Positions 46,561 through 59,349 of a DNA stretch of 64,000 nt are shown piece after piece. The notes under the pieces are model-generated. The model was not told the origin of the DNA, ran no database searches, and saw only the letters and a list, made by a program, of their open reading frames with translations. This DNA is from Squalus acanthias (lineage: Eukaryota). Made by a program: the position numbers and the translations under genes. The stretch is from NCBI GenBank assembly GCA_030390025.1, contig CM059432.1:34536001-34600000 (forward strand), written 5' to 3'. Each line of letters begins with the position of its first letter. The stretch's first letter is position 1.

Positions 46561-48659
46561 TCTTCTCTACTAGGATGGTTAGTGTGGGGAATAGAATAAA
46601 TGTAACACTGGTGCAATAGGGTGTGCTCTTCTGTGATTGGGGTTGAGATACATTTTTTTTTGGAGCAGTGTAGAGGAAGCTTTATTCTGCATCCAACCTA
46701 TGCTGGACCTGAACTGAGAGTGCTTGACACTGGATAATCCAATTGGGAAAATCACAACTGGTTCACTATTATCCTTCAGGGAAGGGAACCGGCCACCCAA
46801 TCCCACACTACAAGAAAATAGTTGCCTTCTAAAGCGGCCTAGCAAACCACTCTTGTTTTCAACAATCATTAGAAAGTGACCCAGGTTCACCTTCTCTGGG
46901 CAAATAGAGATGGGCAATAAATCCACAACCTGACAACAAATGAAGGAAAAAAGTAGCTTTGTTCCCAGCAATAGTATCGGTCATTAATTTGCAGCTGTAC
47001 TTTAATGCTTCCTCTTGTTGAAATGAAGTTTCCTATAACTCTGATGTATGAACCCCATATGATTAGAAGCCATGAACACCCAAGGTACAATTATTTCCTG
47101 AAATCCAGAGCAATTCAACACTACAGAATGGGAAATGGGTGGGCTGAGGGCTGGAGAAGCTTCCCCTAGCTTTGATTTCCCTCCAACTGAGTCTCACTGC
47201 CCAGGTGATGCCCCCTGTTGGAGGGCAAGGAAAATTGGAAGCGGAGTTATTGCTAGTTTGCTCTGCTCCTTGTAACTGGTGATTGTTAGGAAACCTAGAT
47301 TTAGAAAAATGGGTATTCCCAGCAGGTTTACTTTCAGATTGCAGCCAATGATCTTGCAAATATTGCACACATTCATTGAATTCAATTTCACAATCTGTGA
47401 TTGGTGGCTGTGCCCTACACTCTGGAAAGTATTTCCCTAAACCCTTCTGCTTCTCCACCTCTTCCTTTAAGACCCTATTTAAAACCCACCACTTTGACCA
47501 ACCCCCTCCTAATATCTCTTTCTTTGGTTCTGCGTCCATTTTTGTCGGATTACACCTCTGTGAAGCGCCTTGGGACATTTTGTTCTCTATGTTAAAGGGG
47601 CTATATAGATGCAAGTTGTTGTGTCAAATTTGAAGAGTTGCCATTGTCTTCACGATCTTCATCTTCATCCCTAATCCCTGCCCAAACCCATTGGTATTTA
47701 GAACTGAAATGTGGTCAGGACAGGCATGCATTGATCAAGAGGTGGAAGCAAAATGCTCCTCAATTGTATATTTTCCTTGCATGAGATTGCTATTGGAAAG
47801 AGAAAGACTAGATAAACTGCAGCTCTGATTTCTCCCCTTTCCAAAGCTACGTGAGAAGCAGAAGTGAACCTGTTATTTTTTGTGATATGTGTGACTTATA
47901 CCAGTCCCAGTAGAACTGGACAACAGGCTGTCTAGGCCTGAAGGGCTTTCCTGCTCCCATATCAGCTGGCTGAATTGATCCTTTGACATTCAGGAGTGTC
48001 TCCCAGAAGGCTGAAGAGGTTTCTCTTGGTCCTATGCTGCTTTGACAGTATTGTCTACCCTTCTGCTATAACTTCAGGCTTTCTAGGAGCTTGTGGTGTT
48101 GAGTATTGAAGCTAGTTTTCAATTTTTCAATTTAAATAAATAAATGTAAGTAACTGACATGTGGAGCACTGCGCTGTGACTTTCTATGATGTGGAGTTGT
48201 AATCGTTCATGCAATACTCTCTGCTGAAGCAGAGGGGCTGTGTTAATTGTGTCAGTGTGAAGTCTGATTGCTCTGTGGCTGTATGTGGTGACAAATGGTA
48301 TGTGGGCCATGAGCTAAGTTTTAATAACTGTCATTTAAATATTTTTGTACTGTAGGAATAAAATAAAAAATGCACAATTTATTTTCCTTGCCTTTGTTTT
48401 CCCCCACCCCTTTATTCCCACTCTGCCACTCCTGGACTGGATCCAAGAAATATCTGGTGATCTGATGGGAAATTCTGCTTGCACAGTTAAGAGTACAACC
48501 TTTTTGACTTTTTTTCTCTCTCTCCCTTCCTTCCTCCCTTCCTTCCTCCCTCCCCCACTCCCTCCCTCTCCCTCCCTCCCCCTCTCTCTCTCTCTCTCTC
48601 TCTCTCGTCCTGTCAAACACTCGCAGGGCGTCGGTTAGATACAAAGTGAAGCACACTGC

Positions 48660-49034
48660 CTCTTTCTATTCATAAAGATGCCAGATGATGTAAATGTTCC
48701 TCCTGGTGTAGAGTGCCTCGGCGACGTCCCGGATACAGTGGTGCACAGTAAACTGGGTGCTGTTGCTGATGGTACCTGCTGCAGCCTGGAAGGAGCCTGT
48801 TGAATGAGTTTATCACGGGGCGAATCAGTTGCTGGGACAGACCAATTTCATGGAACAGTCCTACAACTACCCTTTCTTAATACTTCAGGATGCCTTTGGA
48901 GAATCCCGCTCCAATATGGCAGGTGGTACTCTTCCAACGTGGAATGACCATGCACACACCACCTGCCATATTGGACCCTTAGGTGCCAGTTTTACGCCTG
49001 TAAAGTGGGTGTGGTGCAATTGAATTTCTAGCCT
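48660..49034 (-). mobile_element. Harbinger DNA transposon remnant with a transposase fragment
   Basis: Minus strand about 48690-48800 reads TGSFQAAAGTISNSTQFTVHHCIRDVAEALYTRRNIYI, similar to the HARBI1/Harbinger GSFQ..SQ..C..V.EAL block. Terminus-like GAATTTCTAGCC at about 49022. Confidence 0.65.
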
Positions 49035-49064
49035 AAATTCTGTCTTTGGGGGAGAATAAATGAG

Positions 49065-49610
49065 AATTCATATTAAAGATCAGCACCCTCCTGGGTGTGG
49101 ATTGGGGAAGTTATATTAAAGGGACAATATCTTCCCACAGACAGTGAAGTGAGTATTTTAAAGTGATAGCGTCCTCTTTTGAGGGAGAGTGGGGTTGAGG
49201 ACATTAAAGGGATAATGTCCTGAAAGGAGGGTTAAGGTGACGCTATTAAAAGGACAATGTACTGTGTAGATAATGAAGATGAGGACATTAAAGGGACATC
49301 ATCCTGCGAGGAGTATGAAGGTGAATATATTAAAGGGACATTGTCCTGCGAGGATCACAAAGGTGTTAGCCTATTAAAGGGACAGTGTCCTGTGAGGAGG
49401 ATGAAGGTGTGTATATTAAAGGGACAGTGTACTGCAAGAGTGTGAAGGTGACTATATTAAAGGGACAGTGTACTGCAAGGAGTGTGAAGGTGACTATTAA
49501 AGGGACAGTGTACTGCAAGGAGTGTGAAGGTGACTATTAAAGGGACAGTGTCCTATGAGGGAGCGGGAGGGTGAGGACATTAAAGGGATAATGTCCTGTG
49601 AGGAGGGTAA
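49065..49610. repeat. 40-42-bp minisatellite; further units at about 50745-50805 and 51100-51190
   Basis: Unit ATTAAAGGGACAGTGTACTGCAAGGAGTGTGAAGGTGACT, about 13 copies. Confidence 0.9.
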
Positions 49611-49611
49611 A

Positions 49612-50712
49612 CATAACATAAATAGGAGCAGGAGTAAACCATACGGCTCCTTGAGCTTGCTCCGCCATTCAATAAGATCATGGCTGAATTGCTACTTCCA
49701 GTTTCCCACCCTATCCCTTGATTCCCGTAGTGCCCAAAAATATATCGATTTCAGTCTTGAATATAATCAACGACTGAGCCTCCACAGCCCTCTGAGGTAG
49801 AGAATTCCAAAGATTCACAACCCTCTGAGTGAAAAAATCTTTCCTCATCTCAGTCCTAAATGGCCGACTCCTTATCCTGAGACGATGACCCCTAGTTCTA
49901 GACTCTTCAGTCAGGAGAACCAGCTTCTCCGCATCTACCCTATCAAGCCCTCTTAGAATTTTATGTTTCAATGAGATCACCTCTCATAATTCTAAACTCC
50001 AGAGAATATAAGTCAGTTCTACTCAATCTCTCCTCATAGGACAGCTCTCTAATCCCAGGAATCAATCTAGTGAACCATTGTTGCACCCCCTCCAAGGCAA
50101 GTATATTCTTAGGTAAGGAGACAAACTGTACACAGTACTCTAGGTAAGGTCTCACCAAAGCCCTATATAATTGCAACAAGATTTATTTACTCTTATACTC
50201 TATCCCTCTTGCTATAAAGGCTAACATAACACTTGCCTTCCTAATTTCTTGCTGTATCTGCACATTAACTTTCTGTGGTTTGTGTAAAAACACCCAAATC
50301 CCTTTGAATACCAACATTTGCTAGTCATTTTATAAAAAAAAAAAAAATTCTGCTTTTGTATTCTTCCGTACATAATTTCACATTTCCCCACATTATGCTC
50401 CATCTGTCACCGGCCACCACCTTGCCCAGTCACTTAACCGATCTATATCCCTTTTGCGTCTTCCTCACAGTTTACTTTCCCACATAGCTTTGTATTGTCA
50501 GCAAACTTGGATACATTCACTCGGTCCCTTCATCTAAGTCATTGATCTAGATTGTGAATAGTTGAGGCCCAAGCACTGATCTTTGCGGCACCCCACTAGT
50601 TACAGCCTACCAACCTGAAAATGACCCATTTATTCCTACTCTTTGTTTTCTGTCTGTTAACCAATCTTCAGTCCATGCTATTATATTACCTCCAATCCCA
50701 TGAGCCATAATT
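49612..50712 (-). mobile_element. 5'-truncated CR1 LINE
   Basis: ORFs 49711-49980 and 49961-50179; tail at about 49612. Confidence 0.9.
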
Positions 50713-50809
50713 AGGAAGGCAAATGGTATATTAGCCTTTATTGCAAGAGGGTGAAGATGAGTATAGTAAAGAGACAGTGTTCTGTGAGGAGGCTGGTGAG
50801 TATAGACAG

Positions 50810-51100
50810 AAGAAAGAAAGAAGAAAGACTAGCGCCTTTCGTGACCAACAGACATCCCAAAGTCTTTTGAAGTGTAGTCACTGTTGTAATGTGGGAAATG
50901 CGGCAGCCAATTTGCACACAGCAAGCTCCCACAAACAGCAATGTGATAATGACCAGATAATCTGTTTATGTTGATTGAGGGATAAATATTTGCCAGGACA
51001 CCGGGGATAACTCCCCTGCTCTTCTACAAAATAGTGCAATGGGATCTTTTACGTCCACCTGGGAGAGCAGACGGGGACTCTGTTTAACGTCTCATTCAAA
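50810..51100 (-). mobile_element. Deu-domain SINE, truncated; similar fragments at about 600-745, 51770-52070 and 58730-58922
   Basis: Deu core plus tail. Confidence 0.8.
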
Positions 51101-53069
51101 GGTGACTGCGTCCTGCGAGGTGGGTGCAGGAGATTACATTAAAGGGAAAGTATCCTGCAAGGATGCAGAAGGTGAGTACATTAAAGGGATAGCATAATCT
51201 CTATTCGAAGCACAACTCCTCCGAGCTCAGAATGTTATCAGATAAAGAATCTTAGGAATGGTGTAGTTTTGAGAAACAAATATTTAACAGAGAAAGCTGA
51301 AATCATCATATATTGAGATGAAGGCAAAACAATCCCACACACCTAGTGTCTCTGGTAAGTGCTAATTACTTGGCGCTGGCTGTCTCCAGTGTAGTGGGAG
51401 GAGTACTGGTTGGGAAGAGAAGGGGAGGCGAGAGGGAGAGAGCTGGCGCTGGGATGATCTGACTCTGCTCTGTTCCTGCATCAGGCAAGATCTAATTATA
51501 GGTCTGGGCTGCAGCACCAGTCATAAATATTTTGAGTAACTGAAACCAATTGTGTGCATTCTTTAATTGTAAACACTGTCCTCGCTATGTGAAGTATCTC
51601 TAGAGGAATAGCAAAACACGGGAAGAGCCTCTCAGACATTTCCTTATGCTTTCTTCTCCTGTCCTTTCACTTCCCCCTCTCATCCCTTCTTCTTTTCTGT
51701 CTCTCCTCTTCCCACCTCTAAATCTTTCTCCTTCCCCCCCCTTTACTGTTTCTCCCTTTCCTTCTCTCTTCCCTTGAGTGCAGTAGTGAGGGATTGCAAG
51801 CGGTGTCTCATTAAATGGTGGCCCTGGCCACCGCACGGGTGGAAAGATCCCACAGCACTATTCGAAGAGGAGCAGGGAGTTCTCCCAGTGTCCTGCCTAT
51901 ATTTATCCCTCACCAGCACCACTAGAAACCGATTGACTGGCCATTCATCTCACTTGCTGTTTGTGTGATCTTGCTGTGGAAATTGGCTGCCATATTTGCC
52001 AACATAATAACAATAACTACACTTCAAAAGTACTCGGTCATGTGATAAGATGCTATATTAAAGGCAAGTTTTTTACTACTTTCTCTTCTCTCCCTCTCTC
52101 CTCTTTCATCTCCCCTCTGTTCTTTCTCCTTTCTCTTTCCCATCCTTCCTCCCTCATTCTCTTTTTTCCTCTGGTTTTTCTTCCTCTACCATAGAATGGT
52201 TACAGCATAGAAGGAGGCCATTCGGCCCATGCCAGCTCTCTGCAAGAGCACTTCAGCTAGTCCCACTCCCCTGCCCTTTACCCATAGCCCAGCAATTTTT
52301 TTTCCTTCAGGTACTTATGCAACTCCCTTTTGGAAGCCACAATTGAATCTGCCTCCACCCTTTTCAGGTAGTGCATTCCAGATCATAACCACACGCTGCA
52401 TAAAAAAAGTTTTTCCTCCTGTCACCTTTGTACCCTCTCTGCCTTCTTTCCTGATCCTCTCTTGTCTTTACCCTCTTGTCCCCTTTCTCTCCCTCCTTTA
52501 CCTCCTCTCTCTTCCCCTTCTCCCTCTCTTTTCTTTGTGCATTCTCTTCTTTGTCTCTTCCCTCCTTCCTCTGTCTCACTCACTCTCCTCTATTCCCTTC
52601 TCTCCTTCCTCAATCTCTTGACCCCCTGCTCTTCTTCCCGGTAAGCCCTTCTCTCCTCTCCCACTCTGTGTCTCTTTCCTCTGCTCTTTTTCTCTGTGCC
52701 ACAGTACAGCTCTTGATCAGTTAGTAGAGCACTCACTATTCAAACGAACAATCCTCTACAATTAGAGTGAGCTGCACAATTTGCTGCACGGCCATCTCAA
52801 TTTTGAATAAAAAGTCCTGGAAACCGTGACAACTCGATTGTGATAATTTGTAATAACAAATCATCAGCCGCACTTAACAGCACTTACGATGTGCAGGTCC
52901 CTACAGTTCACTTCTGGTATAATTGGTGTTTGTTTCCATTCCAACTGTTAATGATACTATATTATAAGTTACTTGGGGTGAAGTAAGAGCATCAGGTGTA
53001 ATTTCACACATCAGTAACAACATGTATTAAATGGATGTGAAGCACTTTGGAATGTCCAAGAATGTCATT

Positions 53070-53400
53070 TGTGAATTTGTATTCAGTTTTAAATATCTAG
53101 AAATAAAAAGCTGGTAACAGTAACAGTGACCATGAAGTTGTCGGATTATTGCAGAAACCCAATTGGTTCACTAATGTACTTTAGGGAAAGGAACCTGCCA
53201 TCCTTACCCGATCTGGCCTATTTGACTCCATTCCCACACCAGTGTGGTTGATTCTTAACTGCCCTCTGAAGTGACCTAGCAAGCCACTCCGTTGTATCAA
53301 ACCACTTCGGTTCAAGAAGGCCCACCACCTTCTCAGGGCAACTAGGGAAGGATAATAAATGCTGGCCTTGCCAGCGATACCTGCATCCTGAAATAGATTT
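53070..53400 (+). mobile_element. SINE of the LINE-head/LINE-tail family, 5'-truncated
   Basis: Central block matches 7370-7560; the tail matches the LINE 3' end from CGGTTCAAGAAGG onward. Confidence 0.8.
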
Positions 53401-53837
53401 TAATTTTTTTAAATAATTTTCTATTGATTTATAACAATGACACCAACTTGGATTTATATAATGGCCCTCATGGCGAAAGAACAAGGGGGAAGAGGTTGCT
53501 GCCAAGCAACAAGGCCTGCAGCTGTACCTCTAGATCCCAGCGTAAGGCTCTGCTATGGGGTGGCCTTGTGCCAGGATTGCCCCTTTGGCTAATGCTATTG
53601 ACTCAAGTCAGGAAACTTGTGTGCACCTTTCCTCTTAAAGACACAGTGCACCACAGGTATATTATACTCATTGGGCATTAAAAGAGGAAATTCTGCCTGA
53701 CACTTGTGCACGGCAGGTTAACAGTTTTAAATGAGTTATTAGCAGATCTCTGGGTGCTGCGCATGGTGAGTCAGAGGTTAACCTGTTGTCAGTGTATGAA
53801 AGTGGGGGAGGGGGCAAACTTCGCCAGTGACAGCTGT

Positions 53838-54274
53838 CTCAGCCTTGGCTCAGTGGTAGCACTCTCAGTCTGAGCCAGATGGTTGTGGGTTCAAGTCCCA
53901 CTTCAGAGACTTGAGCACAGAATCAAGGCTGACACTGGCTGCACTGTCGGAGGTGCCGTCTTTCAGATGAGACATTAAACCAAAGCCCCATCTGCCCCCT
54001 CAAGTGAGTGTAAAAGATCCCATGGCACTATTCGAAGAAGAGCAGGGGAGTTCGCCCTGGAGTGCTGGCCAATATATATCCCTCAACCAACATCACTAAA
54101 ACAGATTATCTGGTCATTTATCTCCTTGCTGTTTGCGGGAGCTTGCTGTGCACAATGTCTGCCGCGTTTCCTACATTACAACAGTGACTATGCTTCAAAA
54201 GTACTTCATTGGCTGTAAAGGCCTTTGGGACATCCTGAGATCGTGAAAGACACTATATAAATGCTAGTTCTTTC
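53838..54274 (+). mobile_element. Full-length Deu-domain tRNA SINE (SacSINE1-like)
   Basis: A box TGGCTCAGTGG, B box GGTTCAAGTCC, Deu core, L2-type tail. Confidence 0.88.
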
Positions 54275-55082
54275 AGTGAAAGAATTTGCAGGGAAGTGTC
54301 TTAAAGGTTTAGCTGCCCAGAGACAGGGGGGTAAATTTAGGTCTTCACTTCCCAGGCAGTAATCTGGCAGAGTGGGTCACCAGCCCTGTGTAGAACCCGG
54401 CTGATTTTCATCCCATTCGGAATGAGCATCAGACGGTTTCTCCGATGGGTGCTGACCTGCTCTGTTAGATTACTGTCCATGCATGAAGACGGACGTTTAC
54501 CCCTGGAGAACAAATATCGAATGTTTCCCTTATCATTCAGCCCCAGATGGTATTTCTTTCAACAACAACAATTTGTATTTATATAGCACCTTAATCTCTT
54601 TCCCAGTCTATTGAAGGACGTTGGGGAGGAGATGGTGTCGGCACTAAACAGAATTTTCTTAAATCTTCGGAGAGGAATTGCAGCAAAGTTCTAGAGCATT
54701 AGCAAATAATGCACCCCTGTTCAGAAAAGGGAAAAGATAAGCCAGAAAATTATAGGCCGGGTTAGCATCACCTCAGCTGTGGGCTTATTGCTTGGCCCTG
54801 GATTTCTGCTCCAGGGCCCAGGTAGAGAGCGGACCCATTGTCCGCCAGGATTTGGGGTAGAAGCTGGTTCTGCCAGGATTCTGTTTATTCTGCCTAGTCA
54901 TACTCTGGTGGGGAGGGACATCTTCTGTCTTCTACCCCTTCTCCCTCCCCCCAGCCCATCCCTTTCACATCAAGGGGGTCCAGGGGAGGTATTGGCCTAC
55001 CGTGGGAGTTCAAGCTATTTTTTCCTTTAAGGCCTCTGAGAATTTGCTGATACCTGGTGTGAGTCATGCTGACGGAATTTAC

Positions 55083-55680
55083 AAACAACAACTTGCATTT
55101 ATATAGTGCCTTTTACATAGTAAAGCGTCCCAAGGTGCTTCACAGGAGTATTCTAAGACGCACAATTTGACATCAGGAGCTATTAGGACAGATGACCAAA
55201 AGCTTGGTCAAAGAGGTAGGTTTTAAGGAACGTCTTAAAGGAGGTAGCGAGGCGGAGAGGTTTAGGGAGGGAATTCCAGAGCTTACGGCCAAGGCAGCTG
55301 AAGGCAGGCCACCAATGGTTGAGTGATTAAAATCAGGGATGCTCAAGAGGGCAGAATTAGAGGAGCGCAGATATCTCGGGAGGGGGGTTTGTGGGGCTGG
55401 AGGAGATTAGAGATAGGGAGGGGTGAGGCCATGGAGGGATTTGAAAACAAGGATGAGAATTTTAAAATTGAGGTGTTACTTAACTGGGAGCCAATGTAGG
55501 TCAGCGAGCACAGGGATGATGGGTGATGAGACTTGTTGCGAGTTAGGATACGGGCAGCCGAGTTTTGGATGACCAAGTTTACGTAGGATAGACGTGGGAG
55601 GCCAGCCAGAAGTGCATTGGAATAGTCAAGTCGGGAGGTAACAAAGGCATGGATGAGGGTTTCAGCAGCAGATGAGCTAA
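55083..55680 (-). mobile_element. L2-clade LINE 3' end; another tail at about 47400-47620 (+)
   Basis: IQNSAARILTR motif in ORF 55343-55576; 3' end GGCACTATATAAATGCAAGTTGTTG. Confidence 0.85.
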
Positions 55681-56589
55681 GCCCTAAACCTTTACTAGGA
55701 ACAGTAATCAGCCTCTCACTACCTCAAGAGGCCCACTTGGTCCATTAGGAGCAGATTTCAAAACAAAGATTTTCAATGGGTCCTTCTGGTGCCTCCTCTC
55801 CACCAGTAGACTGGCATGGCATTCCTCTAGCATTCAGCTGGTGTGTTGGGGTGGCTTCCAGGAAATGCCCTTACTGGCACAATGTGCCTTTTTTATTCAT
55901 TCTCAGGATATGGCTTCACTGGCAATGCCAGCATTTATTGCTCATCCCTTGAGAAGGTGGTGGTGACCCTTCTTGAACCGCTGCAGTCCTTGTGAAGGTA
56001 CTCCCACAGTGCTGTTAGGTAGGGAGTTCCAGGATTTTGGCCCAGCGACGATGAAGGAACAGTGATATATGTCCAAGTCGGGATGGTGTGTGACTTGGAG
56101 GGAATCTTGGGAGTGATTGTGTTCCCATGCACCTGCTGCCCTTGTCCTTCTAGGTGGCGGAAGTTGCGGGTTTGGGAGGTGTTGCCGAAGAAGCTTAAGC
56201 GAGTTGCCTGCCCCACATACTCTGAGAACCTTGTCCCTGTAATTCAGGGTGGGGTTTGAGCCTAACTGCTTGGGGTGATTTAAGCCCTGATTTTAACTGA
56301 ACACACCTGGCAATAATGGGGTGGGTTTGGGTAGGAAGCCAGATTTACAACCTCGTCTGATTTTACTTTCCATTGATTTCAAGTCTGGTCTCTGGAGTGC
56401 ATATTATGGGATGTACTTAGTCAACACTTAGTAAAGCATAGGCCAATCTTGGGGAGTCGGTGTGGATCTGTAGAGGGCAACTTGTTCTTGACTGACTGAA
56501 TTGATTTTACCTTTTTGAGAAATTAGAGTGTGCAGCTAAAGAGAATATGGATTTTCAGAAGGCGTTTGAGAAGATACACAGAGGTTACA

Positions 56590-56960
56590 ATTTCAAATCC
56601 CAACTATTTATTGCAATTGAATTCAATAAATCTGGTCATTTGTGGGCTGGCACCAGAAAAAATGACCATGAAAACTGCCAGATTGTCATAAAAACCCAAC
56701 TAGTTCACTAGTGTCCTTCAGGGAAGGGAGCCAATCGGCAGGTTTCCTTCCCTAAAGAACATTAGTGAACTAGTTGTCTTTTTACAACAATCTGATAGGT
56801 TCATGGTCACTTTTACTGATACCAGCTTTTTATTTTCAGATTTTTTTAAAGCTGATTTCAAATTCTCACTGCCATGGTGGGATATGAACTCACGTTCTCT
56901 GGATTATTAATCTAGGCCTCTGGATTATTAGTTCAGTAAACATATCCAGTATACTACCAT
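56590..56960. mobile_element. Two opposed fragments of the tRNA-headed SINE family
   Basis: A plus-strand piece (56590-56730) faces a minus-strand piece (56735-56960) that includes the head. Confidence 0.7.
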
Positions 56961-59082
56961 ACACTTTGTTTATTCGACCCTGGCCCATTGCAGATCTACA
57001 AAGGATGTTTCCCTGTCCTGCACAGTAGAACCATCCTGTCTTATGAAGTATTTGACTATCTTGATCTATGCTCATCTGTAAACCTTTAATCATTAACTAA
57101 ATCCTCACTAAAAGGAGATAGCACTGTAAGCATTACACACATATGGCATGTACTTGTCATGTAATCTGAAAAACAAAACCCAAAATGATTTTTTCTTTGA
57201 TCTCAACCTCATCTACCCACCTTCTCATTATATCGCCTAATTCCTTCTTGCCCCACAATGAGGCCCCGATTTTAAAAGGGGCGGCTGTCCCCGGCAGTCA
57301 GTGGAATCAGAGACTGGAAGCAATCGAGTGGGGGGTTTCCATGGCGATCGGGGCGGGGGGGGGGGGGGGGGCTGGGGAGGCTCATGAACTCCTTGCGGGG
57401 CCTGGGGGCAGCACTCCTGCTCCTCCTGGCCCAAAAGCAGCTCTGAGAAACGTAATTAAAAAAAAACTTACCTTGACCTCTCTGCCTAGTCGATTCCTCC
57501 TGCTGTGGTTTTACTTCCGTGCTGCAGACCATGCAGGACTCCCCCTGAGGTGAAGTTAATGTTATGTTGCGACACCGTTGAAAAATTGGACCGCGACTTT
57601 TGAACGCTAAGTAGGCCCCTGCCTGCCTTTAGCGGGAGCCTTGTCCATGGCATGAGTCGCCATAATAAAAATCACGGCAGTCAGGAACATGGCTGGTTGG
57701 AGCTGGAAGCTAACATTTTTAGCTTTTAATCTCTCCCACGCATCATTCTCGCTGGGGAGGGGGGTTAACATCCCAGCCTGATTGACTCTTGAACCCATTT
57801 CTTCCCTGTTTACTTATTTCACTACTTTATTGTTGAAAAAGTCCTTCTTGCCGTTTCTTCTTCACTTGCTCATTTTTATTTGGTGTCCTCTGGGATTTGA
57901 ACCATTCACCACAGGGAACAACTTGTATGGATCATTTTTGTCAACTCCCTTCATAATCTGTCAATGCCCTTTAGGTCACCTCAAAGCCTCCTCTTTTCCC
58001 AAGAAAACACGACCAACTTCCTTAATCTTTCCTTATTAGTTAGATTCCCAATACCTGCCATTATCTTGGTAGCCCTTACAGAGCCATGATATTGGGTGCT
58101 ATTAAGCATATTTCGTGTTGGGTCAGATCAGGTTCAACCAAACCAAATTGGGCCTAGTTCACCAATATCTCATCCCAGGTTGTCATGGAGACTCATCCTC
58201 TCAAATGTAAACAGAGGAATTATTCACAGATCATCTACTTCAGCTTGAGCTGCAGAATCTGTAGAGAGAGAAAGACAGCGCAGAATGGAGTTCTATTTAC
58301 CATTGCTGATTACTGATGAGATTTCCACGGACACAGTTACAGGCACAAGTACGCAAAGTCTTTAAATCGCTGCATATTTAGTGCATCAGCATTTACAGCT
58401 CTTTTCAGCTCAATCCACCTCTGATTTCACAGTCAGAACTCAACGAGATTCCAACTTCTCTCCCGAAGGTATTACTTCATGCCCTGTTACTCCAGCACCT
58501 GGGCTGGCAGCACTCTGGGCCCTCGACCCGTTGGTCATCCTTCTATTCTGAGCTTCGACAGTGAATGTCTGCAGTTTACTCGGCAGTTAATAAGGAGGGC
58601 CAATGGATGCAACACTACTCCTAGAAGCAAAAGCCTCTGCCAGACTTTCTGGTCTGTGGCATAAGGTAGGCACCGAGATGCCCTCCCTCGCGGCTCGGGC
58701 ACCCGCCAGTGGTACTACACTAATGAACAAACAAACTTGCATTTATATAGCACCTTTCATGACCTCAGAACAGCCCAAAACGCTTTACAACCAATGAAGT
58801 ACTTTTGACTGTAGTCACTGTTGTAATGTAGGAAATGCGGCATCCAATTTGCACACAGCAAGCTCCCACAAACAGCAATGTGATAATGATCAGATAATCT
58901 GTTTTTAGTGATGTTGGTTGTGACAATTGCCCTGTTCATCTTGCGGCCTAATCTCAGCTGATTCTGGACATGACTTTGGGGCAAAATGAGCCAGTTAGGA
59001 GGGAACAGGAACTTTTTATTAAAAAACACATTTTTAAAAACAACTCGGTGCGCTCCTACTGAAAGCCCTCGTTCCACGAGCG

Positions 59083-59239
59083 CTATATTTCCGGCCAGTA
59101 CAGCGTGAAGCCCGTGCGATTTTTCTTGAAGTCGGGCTGTGTTTGCTCGATTCTTAGCTCCACCATCACTGTGCGTTTTTTGCCGTGCATGTTGCACTGG
59201 ATCGGGTTGCTGACGTTGACCTGCAGAGGTATCTTATTC
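59083..59239 (-). CDS. MYO1G: Last coding exon of an unconventional class I myosin (end of the TH1 domain), MYO1G/MYO1D-like
   Basis: Acceptor CTCTTTTATCTTTCCAG, then 1 nt + NKIPLQVNVSNPIQCNMHGKKRTVMVELRIEQTQPDFKKNRTGFTLYWPEI*. Same length as, and strongly similar to, the recalled MYO1D C-terminus; the FTLxWP ending is MYO1G-like. Minus-strand AATAAA at 59015-59020. D versus G unresolved. Confidence 0.8.
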
Positions 59240-59349
59240 CTGGAAAGATAAAAGAGTGAATAGTGACTCGATAGAAAGAAAATCCCTGGTTATACTTTTT
59301 GGGAGGGAAAGTTATGGTAAATTTTTTAGCTCGCAGTGCCATTACCTAC

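Noticed and set aside
49257..49800. Short ORFs with repeated IKG.C motifs
   Set aside because: Translations of the 40-bp minisatellite.
53838..53910. tRNA gene
   Set aside because: The A and B boxes belong to a SINE head that continues into the Deu core; same at 37092, 18847 and 43098.
58757..59197. 146-aa minus-strand ORF as a gene
   Set aside because: Off-frame reading of the myosin exon running into a SINE.
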